This document shows, in pieces, positions 9,703 through 18,149 of a stretch of 64,000 nucleotides of DNA. This DNA is from an uncultured Alphaproteobacteria bacterium (GTDB lineage Bacteria; Pseudomonadota; Alphaproteobacteria; HIMB59; GCA-002718135), in NCBI GenBank assembly GCA_902576125.1, contig CACGUF010000002.1, positions 145 through 64,144 on the forward strand, read 5' to 3'. Position 1 is the first letter of the stretch; each line of letters opens with the position of its first letter. The notes below the pieces were generated by a model. It saw only the letters and a list, made by a program, of their open reading frames with translations. It did no database searches and was not told the DNA's origin. The position numbers were made by a program, and so were the translations under genes.

Positions 9703-11595
9703 TTACCGTGAAGTAAGTTTCAATTCAATTCTTCTATTTTGCTGGTAATCTTCTTTAGTATCTCCATTACTTATGGGATAAAATTCTGCATATCCAGCAG
9801 CAGAAAGTCTTTCTGGAGGAAAACCAATTTCAAGTAGTAATTTCAAAACTGAATTAGCTCTTGCAGAAGATAATTCCCAGTTAGAAGGAAATTTTGAAGT
9901 TTTTATTGGTCTTTTATCAGTATGCCCTTCAACTTGAATTATCCAATCAATATCTTTTGGGATTTCATTTGTGGTCTCCATTAATTTAATCCCAATTTGT
10001 TTTAATTTTTGTTTTCCATCTTCTTGTAAATTTGCTGATGCAGAGTCAAAAAGTAACTCTGATTCAAATATAAATCTATCTCCAACTATTTTAATGTCAT
10101 CTCTCTCACCTAAAAGAGATTTTAATTTTCCAAAAAATTCTGAACGATATTTTTGTAGCTCAAAAATTTTTGATGTTAATGCTTTGTTTAATCTCTCTCC
10201 AAGTATTTCAATCTCTAGATTTTTAGAGGCAGTCTCTATCTCACTTGCTTCAAGGGCTTTATTAAGCGTCAATATCTCAATTTTTAGATTTTCAATTTCA
10301 TTCGAAAGAATTGATATTTGTTGTAAAGTTTCTGATGACTCAATTTCCATTTCCTTAATCTGATTACTTGAAATCTCATTTTCAGCAATCCTTTGACTTT
10401 CAACTTTTTCAATAGTTTTTTTAAGTGTTGCAATCTCTAATTCTTGCTCCATACTTTTTGCATCTGAGATTGATAAAACATTATTTAATTCTATAATTTT
10501 ACCTCTTAGATCAAAAATAGTTTTATCTTTATTTATAAGATTTTTATTTAATTTTGCTAATTCTTGATTCTTGGATCTAATTGCTTCAAGTTGTTCTTGA
10601 AGTGTTGCATCTTTTAAACCAAGGCTATCATTTATTTCTAGCAAGTCATTCGTTAGGTCTTGATATTGAGTTATTTGGTTTTGCAACTCTTCATCTCTTA
10701 AAGCTAATTCTACATTTGTTTGCTTTAATTCTAAATTTGCTTGCTCTAAAAGAGTAAGGGTGTTTTGTGTTTCTTCTTGAGAATAAATTAAATCTTGATT
10801 TAACTCTTCAAGTTGTTGATTTTTTGCTTTAATAGCATCTAGTTGTTCAATAATTCCACCATCTTCAATTCCTAAACTTTCATTTATTGCAAGTAGATTA
10901 TCATTTTTGATTTTAAGTTCTTCAATTTTAGTTTGGAGTATTTTCTCATTAGAAGCTAATTTTTTATTTACTAAATTTAATTCACTAATATTTTCATTTA
11001 AATTAGCTTCACTAATATTAAGTTTTTTATTTGATTCATCTAGTTTATTATTTAAAGTTTTAAGTTGATCTATTCTAGCAGCAAGAGCTTTATTGATTCT
11101 CTCACCTAATCCCTCAGTACTCAAAATAGTGCTATCAAGACCTTCGTAAACCTCTAGTGCTTTTGCAACAATTCTTAATTCATTTAAAAGGTCAGTAATT
11201 TGCCCAGATAGAGCAATTATATTTTGTTCTTGTACAAATATTTCAGTACTTTTTTTTGCTAAATCTGTTTGCAGTCCTTTAGAAATAAATTCTTGTTTCT
11301 GCAAATCTTGTTTTACACCACTTAAAGCAGACTCTGTTTCTGAAAGATTATTTAAAGCTTCTTCTTTTTCACTAATCTCAACCTGTAATATTTTAGACAA
11401 CTCACTTATTTGTAATCTTAATTCTTGTAACGCTTTATCTCTACCTGAAATAGCATCACTCAAATATATTTGAGAAACAGTAAAAACCATAAGAACAAAA
11501 ATTATTACAATTAATAATGTTGCTAATACGTCTACAAAACCTGGCCAAATATTTGTAGATTCACCAAGTCTGTTTCTTAAAGACCTTGATGCCAT
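9703..11595 (-). CDS. MotB/TolR-like membrane anchor fused to a ~430-aa coiled coil and a C-terminal OmpA/MotB peptidoglycan-binding domain
   Basis: N-terminal TM segment with an embedded Asp (WPGFVDVLATLLIVIIF). Residues ~45-480 are heptad-like and rich in E/K/Q/L/N. The C-terminus matches an OmpA-like domain (VGDRFIFESELLFDSASANL, VEGHTDKRPI, SNWELSSARANSV, NRRIELKL). Confidence 0.8.
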   Translation of the reverse strand: MASRSLRNRLGESTNIWPGFVDVLATLLIVIIFVLMVFTVSQIYLSDAISGRDKALQELRLQISELSKILQVEISEKEEALNNLSETESALSGVKQDLQKQEFISKGLQTDLAKKSTEIFVQEQNIIALSGQITDLLNELRIVAKALEVYEGLDSTILSTEGLGERINKALAARIDQLKTLNNKLDESNKKLNISEANLNENISELNLVNKKLASNEKILQTKIEELKIKNDNLLAINESLGIEDGGIIEQLDAIKAKNQQLEELNQDLIYSQEETQNTLTLLEQANLELKQTNVELALRDEELQNQITQYQDLTNDLLEINDSLGLKDATLQEQLEAIRSKNQELAKLNKNLINKDKTIFDLRGKIIELNNVLSISDAKSMEQELEIATLKKTIEKVESQRIAENEISSNQIKEMEIESSETLQQISILSNEIENLKIEILTLNKALEASEIETASKNLEIEILGERLNKALTSKIFELQKYRSEFFGKLKSLLGERDDIKIVGDRFIFESELLFDSASANLQEDGKQKLKQIGIKLMETTNEIPKDIDWIIQVEGHTDKRPIKTSKFPSNWELSSARANSVLKLLLEIGFPPERLSAAGYAEFYPISNGDTKEDYQQNRRIELKLTSR

Positions 11596-11597
11596 TT

Positions 11598-12638
11598 TTA
11601 TTTTTTTCTTTTAGAATTTAATTCTTGAATACTTTTATTCAAATCTGTGAATATCTTTCTTGTAGAAGCATCTATGATACCTTCATCATTTATTTTATTA
11701 ATAAGCTGTAAAATACTTGATTGAGTATTTAATTGAGTTGATAAAAAATTTGATAATTTTTCATCTAAATTTTTAGATTGATTATTTATATTTTTTATCT
11801 GCTGACTTAGTTGAGATAAATGATCATTAATTTGATTTTGATTTTCAGTTGTTTTTTTAAGAGAATAAACAACACTATCAAGATTGTCATATATTTTTTG
11901 AAGAGCTTCTCTATCTACATCATCAGAACCCGAATGATTGATTAAATCAGGTACAGAATTGCTATTTAAAACTTTCTCAAAAAATAAGCTAAATTTATTT
12001 TGTGCCTGTCCAAGATTAATATCCATAAAACCCAAGATAAGAGATCCTGCTAAACCAAGAAGTGAGCTGCTAAATGCTATACTCATTCCTTGAAGTGGAG
12101 CGTTTAATCCATCTTTTAATGAATTAAAAAAACCAGCGACATTTGTATCATCTATGCCAAGTCCGCTAATAACATTTCCAACGGAACCAATAGTTTTAAG
12201 CAAGCCCCAAAATGTGCCCAATAAACCAAGAAAAACCAACAAACCTACTAAGTATCTAGAAGTCTCTCTAACACTCGATAAAGACATATCAGTATTTTCA
12301 ATCAATCTAGTGATAGATGAGCTTTTAAAAACAAATCTTCCTTCAATCTGTTTTAATTCTTTTGTTATATTTTTTAAATATCCTGTATTATTTAAAAATG
12401 ACTGAGAGGATTTATTAATATCAAAATTTACTAAAGCTCCAAAATCTTTGTTAAGACCAACAAGTTTAATTAGGTTAAACAAAATACCAATAGCTAATGC
12501 TGCTAATATAATTAAATTTATAAAAATATTTGATAAAAAAGCTTCTTGAAGAACTGGATAAAGAAGTACAACAATTATAAATACAAGAGCTAAGAAAATA
12601 CCCACTCTTAATAAATATTGGCTTAAGCTTTGTGACAT
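11598..12638 (-). CDS. MotA/TolQ/ExbB-family proton-channel protein with a coiled-coil C-terminal tail
   Basis: Four predicted TM segments. TM3/TM4 carry the family signature (FLGLLGTFWGLLKTIG; AFSSSLLGLAGSLILGF). A ~110-aa Q/N/L-rich tail follows. The stop codon lies 2 nt upstream of the MotB-like start codon. Confidence 0.8.
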   Translation of the reverse strand: MSQSLSQYLLRVGIFLALVFIIVVLLYPVLQEAFLSNIFINLIILAALAIGILFNLIKLVGLNKDFGALVNFDINKSSQSFLNNTGYLKNITKELKQIEGRFVFKSSSITRLIENTDMSLSSVRETSRYLVGLLVFLGLLGTFWGLLKTIGSVGNVISGLGIDDTNVAGFFNSLKDGLNAPLQGMSIAFSSSLLGLAGSLILGFMDINLGQAQNKFSLFFEKVLNSNSVPDLINHSGSDDVDREALQKIYDNLDSVVYSLKKTTENQNQINDHLSQLSQQIKNINNQSKNLDEKLSNFLSTQLNTQSSILQLINKINDEGIIDASTRKIFTDLNKSIQELNSKRKK

Positions 12639-12694
12639 AAAATAATTTATATTAGTATATGTTTTTAATAAGTATTTTATACATCTAAATTATG

Positions 12695-13879
12695 TCAATT
12701 ATACATATAATTTCTTGTTAAGGGTAAATTAGTAATATTCTTCGCAATCTGGATTTGAAACACAACATTTCCCATATTAACAAATGAATATTTGCTTGCA
12801 AGTAAGTAAAACTCCCACATTCGATAAAAGCGTTCATCAAACATTTTAATAATCTGATCCTTGTTTTTTTTACAATTTCTATACCAATGGGTAAGCGTAT
12901 GGGCATAATGTAGTCTAAGAATTTCAATATCAGTTATATTAATATTTAGTTTTTGAGTTTCGTTTATAATATCAGACAATGAAGGAATATAACCTCCAGG
13001 AAAAATATATTTTCTTATCCACGGGCTTGTAGCAGTTGGTATGCCTCTCTGGCCAATAGTATGAAGTAAAAATATTCCATTATCCTTTAGTAATGCGTAT
13101 GTTTTTTCTAAGTAAGTTCTAAAGTATTTAATACCAACATGCTCAAACATTCCAACAGATACAATTCGATCATATGTTTGCACTTCATTTCTATAATCTT
13201 GTATCGCAAAAGAAACTTTTTCAGATAAACCCTCTGCTTGAGCTCTTTTTGAAGCAGTGGCAAATTGATTTTCAGAAAGGGTAATTCCTTTAACATTGGC
13301 TCCAGTTTGTTTAGCAATTTCTATAGCCATGCCTCCCCATCCACAACCTATATCTAATACGTTCATATTCTCTTTAATTTGAAGTTTATTGATTATATGT
13401 TTTTTTTTATCAATTTGAGCTTGGTTTAAGCTAATATTTTCATTGTGAAAATATGCGCAAGAATATTGCATATCTTTATCTAAAAAAAGTTTGTATAAAT
13501 CTTCCTTTAAATCATAATGGTGTGCAACATTTTGTTTTGATTTAACAGCCTCATTAAGTTGTTGAAAAATTTTAAAATATCCAGAGAAATTTTCATAAAT
13601 TCTATAAATAAAATTATTTCTAAGAAAATCATCGTAACATGATGTAATAAGATCAATTAATTCTTCTATTGTACCTTCTTCTATTAAAATTTCTTGATTC
13701 ATATAACCTTCTCCAAAATGAAGGCCAGGATTTCTGAATAATTTTTTTTCTATTGATTTAGATTTTAATCTAACTTTTAAATTTTTAGGTCCACTTCCAA
13801 AGTTTCGGATTTTATTACTACTATCAATAATTGTAATTTTTCCTTTAAAGTTAACTTTTTTAAGTACAGAATACAGCAT
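12695..13879 (-). CDS. cfa: Cyclopropane-fatty-acyl-phospholipid synthase family SAM-dependent methyltransferase
   Basis: CMAS family blocks (HYDLKEDLYKLFLDKDMQYSCAYF, VLDIGCGWGG, ITLSENQ, SVGMFEHVG, FPGGYIPS). Confidence 0.85.
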   Translation of the reverse strand: MLYSVLKKVNFKGKITIIDSSNKIRNFGSGPKNLKVRLKSKSIEKKLFRNPGLHFGEGYMNQEILIEEGTIEELIDLITSCYDDFLRNNFIYRIYENFSGYFKIFQQLNEAVKSKQNVAHHYDLKEDLYKLFLDKDMQYSCAYFHNENISLNQAQIDKKKHIINKLQIKENMNVLDIGCGWGGMAIEIAKQTGANVKGITLSENQFATASKRAQAEGLSEKVSFAIQDYRNEVQTYDRIVSVGMFEHVGIKYFRTYLEKTYALLKDNGIFLLHTIGQRGIPTATSPWIRKYIFPGGYIPSLSDIINETQKLNINITDIEILRLHYAHTLTHWYRNCKKNKDQIIKMFDERFYRMWEFYLLASKYSFVNMGNVVFQIQIAKNITNLPLTRNYMYN

Positions 13880-13924
13880 AATTTTTTAAGCTACATACTT
13901 TAAGAAAATGATTTATTAATGTCA

Positions 13925-13962
13925 ATAAAATGAAAATGCCTGCGTTAAGAACACAGGCATTT
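13925..13962 (-). terminator. Rho-independent terminator downstream of the GcrA-like gene
   Basis: AAATGCCTG (13934-13942) pairs with CAGGCATTT (13954-13962) across an 11-nt loop. On the reverse strand the stem is followed by TCATTTTATT. It lies 14 nt after the stop codon at 13976. Confidence 0.6.
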
Positions 13963-13975
13963 AAAGAAGAAAAAT

Positions 13976-14200
13976 CTAAGCAGCAATGCGACGGTTTTTT
14001 TGAGCTTCTTTTTCTTTTTTTAGCTCTCTTTCGTCAATATAAGCAATATCACAATGCTCTTTGCAGTAAGGTTTGCCACTTAACGTATTTGCCTCACAAA
14101 AATGAAAATCTTTTTCTTGAGGATCGCCAATTGGCCACTGACAACTTGAAAATGTATGTGTGACTCTATTTTGCTTAAAATAATTTTTAATAATAGACAT
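13976..14200 (-). CDS. GcrA-family protein consisting only of the C-terminal domain
   Basis: CQWPIGDPQEKDFHFCEANTLSGKPYCKEHCDIAYI matches the conserved GcrA C-terminal block (C-x-WPxGDP...FxFC...PYCxxH...AY). The ORF is only 74 aa. AAGGA lies upstream of the ATG. Confidence 0.7.
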   Translation of the reverse strand: MSIIKNYFKQNRVTHTFSSCQWPIGDPQEKDFHFCEANTLSGKPYCKEHCDIAYIDERELKKEKEAQKNRRIAA

Positions 14201-14371
14201 TATTTAGTTCCTTTTAACCCAAAAAAATTGAAGTAATAATAACGAGGTAGGTTATATGTTTGAAAAATCTAGTATTCAAGTACAATTATAAAAAAATGCA
14301 TATATCCCAATATGTAAGTATTACAATTAATGAGAACTACTACATATAGATATTAAAAAAATATTTAGAGA

Positions 14372-14572
14372 TTAGAAAAACGAATCGACATTTCTAACAA
14401 GCCAAATCAAAACAAAAAAGATTAGAAAAGCTCCGTAAGAATTAATTATAATTTTCCTACTTAGTCTAGAATTTGGAGGTTTCCTTAAATAAACAAATAA
14501 GATTGTTATAGACCAAAACAATAATAGAATCGCCCAACCTAAGACAAAAGCAACATAAAAATCATAATGCAT
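14372..14572 (-). CDS. Small hypothetical membrane protein (two predicted TM segments)
   Basis: 66-aa ORF 9 nt downstream of msrA on the same strand, with two hydrophobic helices. No family recognised. Confidence 0.4.
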   Translation of the reverse strand: MHYDFYVAFVLGWAILLLFWSITILFVYLRKPPNSRLSRKIIINSYGAFLIFFVLIWLVRNVDSFF

Positions 14573-14581
14573 TTGTTTAAT

Positions 14582-15037
14582 TTAGAGATAACTCTTTTTT
14601 TGAATATATTTTTGATGATAGTCCTCAGCTTTATAAAAAGTATCCGCTTTGGTAATTTCTGTAACTATCATATTTTTAAAATACGATTGATACTTTTCCT
14701 TTGAGTGCTTAGCAATTTCTTTTTGAAATTCATTAAAGTAATAAATAACTGATCTATATTGCCTACCAATATCTGGGCCTTGCCTATCAAGAGTGGTTGG
14801 ATCATGACATTTCCAAAATTCATGAACTATATTTTCATATGAAATTATATCTTCATCAAAATCAACTAATAATACTTCAGCATGATCAGTATTTTCATAA
14901 CAAACACTTTCATATGTTGGGTTTTTAGTTTTACCTCCTGAATACCCCACTTCAGTTTTAATAATACCATTAATTTTTCTGAAATGTTCTTCTACACCCC
15001 AAAAACATCCCGCACCAAATAAAGCTTTTTGAATCAT
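14582..15037 (-). CDS. msrA: Peptide methionine (S)-sulfoxide reductase
   Basis: Active-site motif GAGCFWGVE at the N-terminus, plus YHQKY near the C-terminus. Confidence 0.9.
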   Translation of the reverse strand: MIQKALFGAGCFWGVEEHFRKINGIIKTEVGYSGGKTKNPTYESVCYENTDHAEVLLVDFDEDIISYENIVHEFWKCHDPTTLDRQGPDIGRQYRSVIYYFNEFQKEIAKHSKEKYQSYFKNMIVTEITKADTFYKAEDYHQKYIQKKSYL

Positions 15038-15075
15038 AGAATAAATATATACACTAAATAAATTTAATCAAATTT

Positions 15076-15657
15076 ATGAAATTAAAATATAAAATAATTA
15101 ATAAAAAGGATCTATATTCAGGTTTTTTTAAATTAAAAAAATATGAGTTTATTCACCAAAAACATGATGGAAGTTGGACTGATCAAGTAGATCGAGAAAT
15201 TTTTAGTGGAGCACATGTATCAACTTTGTTACCATATGACCCTGTGAGGAATGAAATTGTTTTAATTAAACAATTTAGAGCTGGCGTAATATCAAGGTAT
15301 GATGATGATTATCTTTATGAAATTGTAGCTGGAATAATTGATAAAGATGAGTCACCAAAAGAAACGGCAGAAAGAGAATGTTTTGAGGAAACTGGTTGTA
15401 GGGTTAATAAGATTAAATCAGTTCAAGGTTATTTTCCAGCTCCCGGATCATCAGAGTCTTATTATCATTTGTTTTTAGGTGAAATTAATTCTTTTGAAGG
15501 TGAGAGAATAATGGGACTTGAAAATGAAAATGAAAATATATTAGTAAAATCTTATAAAGTTGAAAAAGTCAGAAAAATGCTAGAAGAGAGAGAAATTAAG
15601 AACGGCGTTTCACTTATAGCACTTCAATGGTTCTTCTTAGAGTATTATAAAAATTAG
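15076..15657 (+). CDS. NUDIX hydrolase, ADP-ribose pyrophosphatase type
   Basis: Nudix box GIIDKDESPKETAERECFEETG and NudF-like length and layout. Confidence 0.8.
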   Translation: MKLKYKIINKKDLYSGFFKLKKYEFIHQKHDGSWTDQVDREIFSGAHVSTLLPYDPVRNEIVLIKQFRAGVISRYDDDYLYEIVAGIIDKDESPKETAERECFEETGCRVNKIKSVQGYFPAPGSSESYYHLFLGEINSFEGERIMGLENENENILVKSYKVEKVRKMLEEREIKNGVSLIALQWFFLEYYKN

Positions 15658-15992
15658 GTACCTAGACCTCTCTCATAAGGTTGAACCAGTTCTTTACAAA
15701 TTAGTTGCATATCAAAAGTTTCAATCATCTTGTCAATTGTTTGATATTCTTGACATTCATATATTTCATTATCTTTTTGTAAAACAGTTACAAATAAAAG
15801 AATATATAACCCATTAGCAGTCTCTATGTTATTTATGGCATAACTTTTGACATCAAAACCTTCATTGATTAAATCTTTATAGGTTTTATCTGATTCTCTC
15901 CATTGATCTAAATTAGGATTAGCATTTGATATTGAATTAAATAATAAAAAAGTAATTCCAATAATAAATGTTTTTAATTTTTTCTTAACCAT
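15654..15992 (-). CDS. Hypothetical secreted protein
   Basis: 112 aa with an N-terminal signal peptide (KKKLKTFIIGITFLLFNSISNA). No family recognised. Confidence 0.45.
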   Translation of the reverse strand: MVKKKLKTFIIGITFLLFNSISNANPNLDQWRESDKTYKDLINEGFDVKSYAINNIETANGLYILLFVTVLQKDNEIYECQEYQTIDKMIETFDMQLICKELVQPYERGLGT

Positions 15993-16519
15993 TCTAAAAC
16001 ATCATTTATATGTTTATCTATTGAATATATAGGATAAAAAACTTTTTTAACAATTTTTTTTTCAACAATTATAGTTAATCGTTTTAGATATATTTTGTTT
16101 TCAACTGAAAATGTTGGAAGATTTAAAGCATTTTTTAATTCTAAATTTTCATCACTTAGCACATCATATTGAACTGAAAGACGATTTGTCATTTCCTTAT
16201 TGTATTCAACATTTTGAGTAGTAATACCTATAGGAACAGAATTTAAACCTATTAAATTATCATAATTGTCTCTAAATTTACAAGTTTGTAATGTACAACC
16301 TCTGGCTCCAGATATTTTGTTCCAATCTTTAGGAAGTGGCATATCTGGTCTCCCCGTCATAGGAAAAAAATATAATATCACTCTAAACGTATCTGTACGA
16401 TCAAGACGTAAATAATTACCCTCTTGGTTAAGTAATGAAATGCTTGGAATATTTGAATTTTTTAAATGATTTATCGTGCCATCATCTTCTGGGATTAGAA
16501 TTTTTTGATCAGAACTCAT
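15974..16519 (-). CDS. Peroxiredoxin-like (AhpC/TSA, Bcp/PrxQ-like) redoxin
   Basis: ARGCTLQTCKFRD resembles the Bcp/PrxQ peroxidatic-Cys motif (GCTxExCxFRD). Thioredoxin-fold length. Confidence 0.65.
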   Translation of the reverse strand: MSSDQKILIPEDDGTINHLKNSNIPSISLLNQEGNYLRLDRTDTFRVILYFFPMTGRPDMPLPKDWNKISGARGCTLQTCKFRDNYDNLIGLNSVPIGITTQNVEYNKEMTNRLSVQYDVLSDENLELKNALNLPTFSVENKIYLKRLTIIVEKKIVKKVFYPIYSIDKHINDVLEWLRKN

Positions 16520-16564
16520 TATTGTATTGTAAAAAACAACTCTTTATATCATAACTAATAAATT

Positions 16565-17503
16565 ATGACTCAAATAAAACCAACTCAAGGACAAACTACT
16601 CCTCGCTTTGCAGATATAGCAACTTTTTTTCGTTTACCCATAATCAAAGATTTAAGTAAATTAGATTATTGTATTTGCGGAATTCCTTGGGATGGAGGTA
16701 CAACAAATAGACCAGGTGCTAGGCATGGTCCAAGAGAAATAAGAAATGCATCTTCACTAATTAGAACATATCATCCATCATCATTAAAAAGCCCTTACGA
16801 TAATTTTCAAATTGCAGATATTGGTGATTGTCCAGTGAATCCTGCTGATCTTCAAGACTCATTAAATAAGGTTACAAATTTCTATAATTCAATTTCTGAG
16901 TCAAAAACCATTCCATTGTCTATTGGTGGTGATCATTTAATTTCTCTTCCTATTTTGAGAGCATTAGCAAAAAATAAACCAGTGGGAATGTTTCAATTTG
17001 ATTCACATTCGGATACTTGGGATACCTATTTTGGAGGTTTTAAGTATACCCATGGAACACCATTTAGAAGAGCTATTGAAGAAGAGCTTATTGATCCAAA
17101 AAAATATGTCATACTGGGGTTGCGAGGAGGACTTTATGATCCAGACGATTTAAAATGGGCAATTGATCAAGGGATAACAATTATATCTACAGATAAATTT
17201 TATGAAATTGGATTAAAAGAATCAATTAAAATAATAAAAGATGTGCTGGAAGAGACACCAACTTACTTAACATTTGATATAGATGGTATTGATCCAACAT
17301 ATGCTCCTGGAACAGGAACCCCAGAGGTTGGTGGAATTAATGTTAGAGAAGCTCAATTAGTCATAAGAGAATTAAGAGATTTACATTTTATAGGAGCGGA
17401 TGTTGTTGAAGTATCTCCTCCATTTGATCTAAATAATATGACTTCATTAGTTGGTGCAACAATAGCATTTGAAATATTGTGTACTATGACTAAAACAAAT
17501 TAA
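16565..17503 (+). CDS. Ureohydrolase family enzyme (agmatinase or guanidino-acid hydrolase)
   Basis: Canonical Mn-ligand motifs are present: GGDHLIS, FDSHSDTWD, TFDIDGIDPTYAPGTGTPEVGG. Confidence 0.85.
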   Translation: MTQIKPTQGQTTPRFADIATFFRLPIIKDLSKLDYCICGIPWDGGTTNRPGARHGPREIRNASSLIRTYHPSSLKSPYDNFQIADIGDCPVNPADLQDSLNKVTNFYNSISESKTIPLSIGGDHLISLPILRALAKNKPVGMFQFDSHSDTWDTYFGGFKYTHGTPFRRAIEEELIDPKKYVILGLRGGLYDPDDLKWAIDQGITIISTDKFYEIGLKESIKIIKDVLEETPTYLTFDIDGIDPTYAPGTGTPEVGGINVREAQLVIRELRDLHFIGADVVEVSPPFDLNNMTSLVGATIAFEILCTMTKTN

Positions 17504-17577
17504 TCGTGTAATATTAATTTGGAAGAGCGCACCTTATTTTCTTTTTTGCATTATTAGAAAAATTTATTTAGTAAAAA

Positions 17578-18147
17578 TTATAAGTAAGAAACTAAACCAA
17601 TTTTTTTTCTAAAGCGATCTCTAATTGTAACTGCATTAAGAGGTATTGGTTTAATTGGCACATTTCCTGAATTTATTTTAGATATGATTACATATGAATT
17701 ATCTTTATCAGCTAAAGCTTTTTTTAAATTTATATTTGTTTCTTCACCAGAGCATTCTATTACATTTTCACAACCAGAACCAGCCGCTATATCTTTTAAA
17801 GATGTCCTTTCGTTTGTAAAAGTTTTCTGATCACCTGTGGATCCATATGATCCATTATCAATGATTAAAAGAGTATAATTTGCAGGAGCTCTATTGCCAA
17901 TAGTTGCAAATGTATTCATATTCATTAATACTGATCCATCTCCATCAATACTAATTACATTTTTATTAATAGTTAAAGATAAACCTAAACCAATTGATGA
18001 GGCTAATCCCATACTACCTAACATGTAAAAATAGTTTGAACGATCATTAATTTTATATAATTCTTGGGAAGGAAGGCCAATATTACAAACAACAAATTCT
18101 TGTTGAATTGTTTCTTGCAAAAGATTTAATAATTCAAATCTATTCAT
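17578..18147 (-). CDS. comE: Sulfopyruvate decarboxylase beta subunit-like (ThDP-binding PP domain)
   Basis: 189 aa with the ThDP motif IDGDGSVLMNMN...N. Paired with a 165-aa PYR-domain ORF 2 nt upstream. Sizes match split ComD/ComE. Phosphonopyruvate decarboxylase is the alternative assignment. Confidence 0.6.
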   Translation of the reverse strand: MNRFELLNLLQETIQQEFVVCNIGLPSQELYKINDRSNYFYMLGSMGLASSIGLGLSLTINKNVISIDGDGSVLMNMNTFATIGNRAPANYTLLIIDNGSYGSTGDQKTFTNERTSLKDIAAGSGCENVIECSGEETNINLKKALADKDNSYVIISKINSGNVPIKPIPLNAVTIRDRFRKKIGLVSYL

Positions 18148-18149
18148 AA

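Noticed and set aside
9971-10363. 130-aa plus-strand ORF inside the coiled-coil gene, and similar antisense ORFs at 12154-12405, 26231-26560, 32658-32936, 38040-38228, 47194-47385 and 60130-60429
   Set aside because: All lie inside genes whose opposite-strand products carry strong family signatures. Their own translations are low-complexity and match no family.
9703-12638. Classification of the MotA/MotB-like pair as a Zorya anti-phage system
   Set aside because: Zorya has its long coiled-coil tail on the cytoplasmic side of ZorA and is accompanied by ZorC/ZorD or ZorE effector genes. Here the long rod is on the periplasmic B subunit, and no nuclease, helicase or other effector gene is adjacent. 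Only the general stator ancestry is shared.
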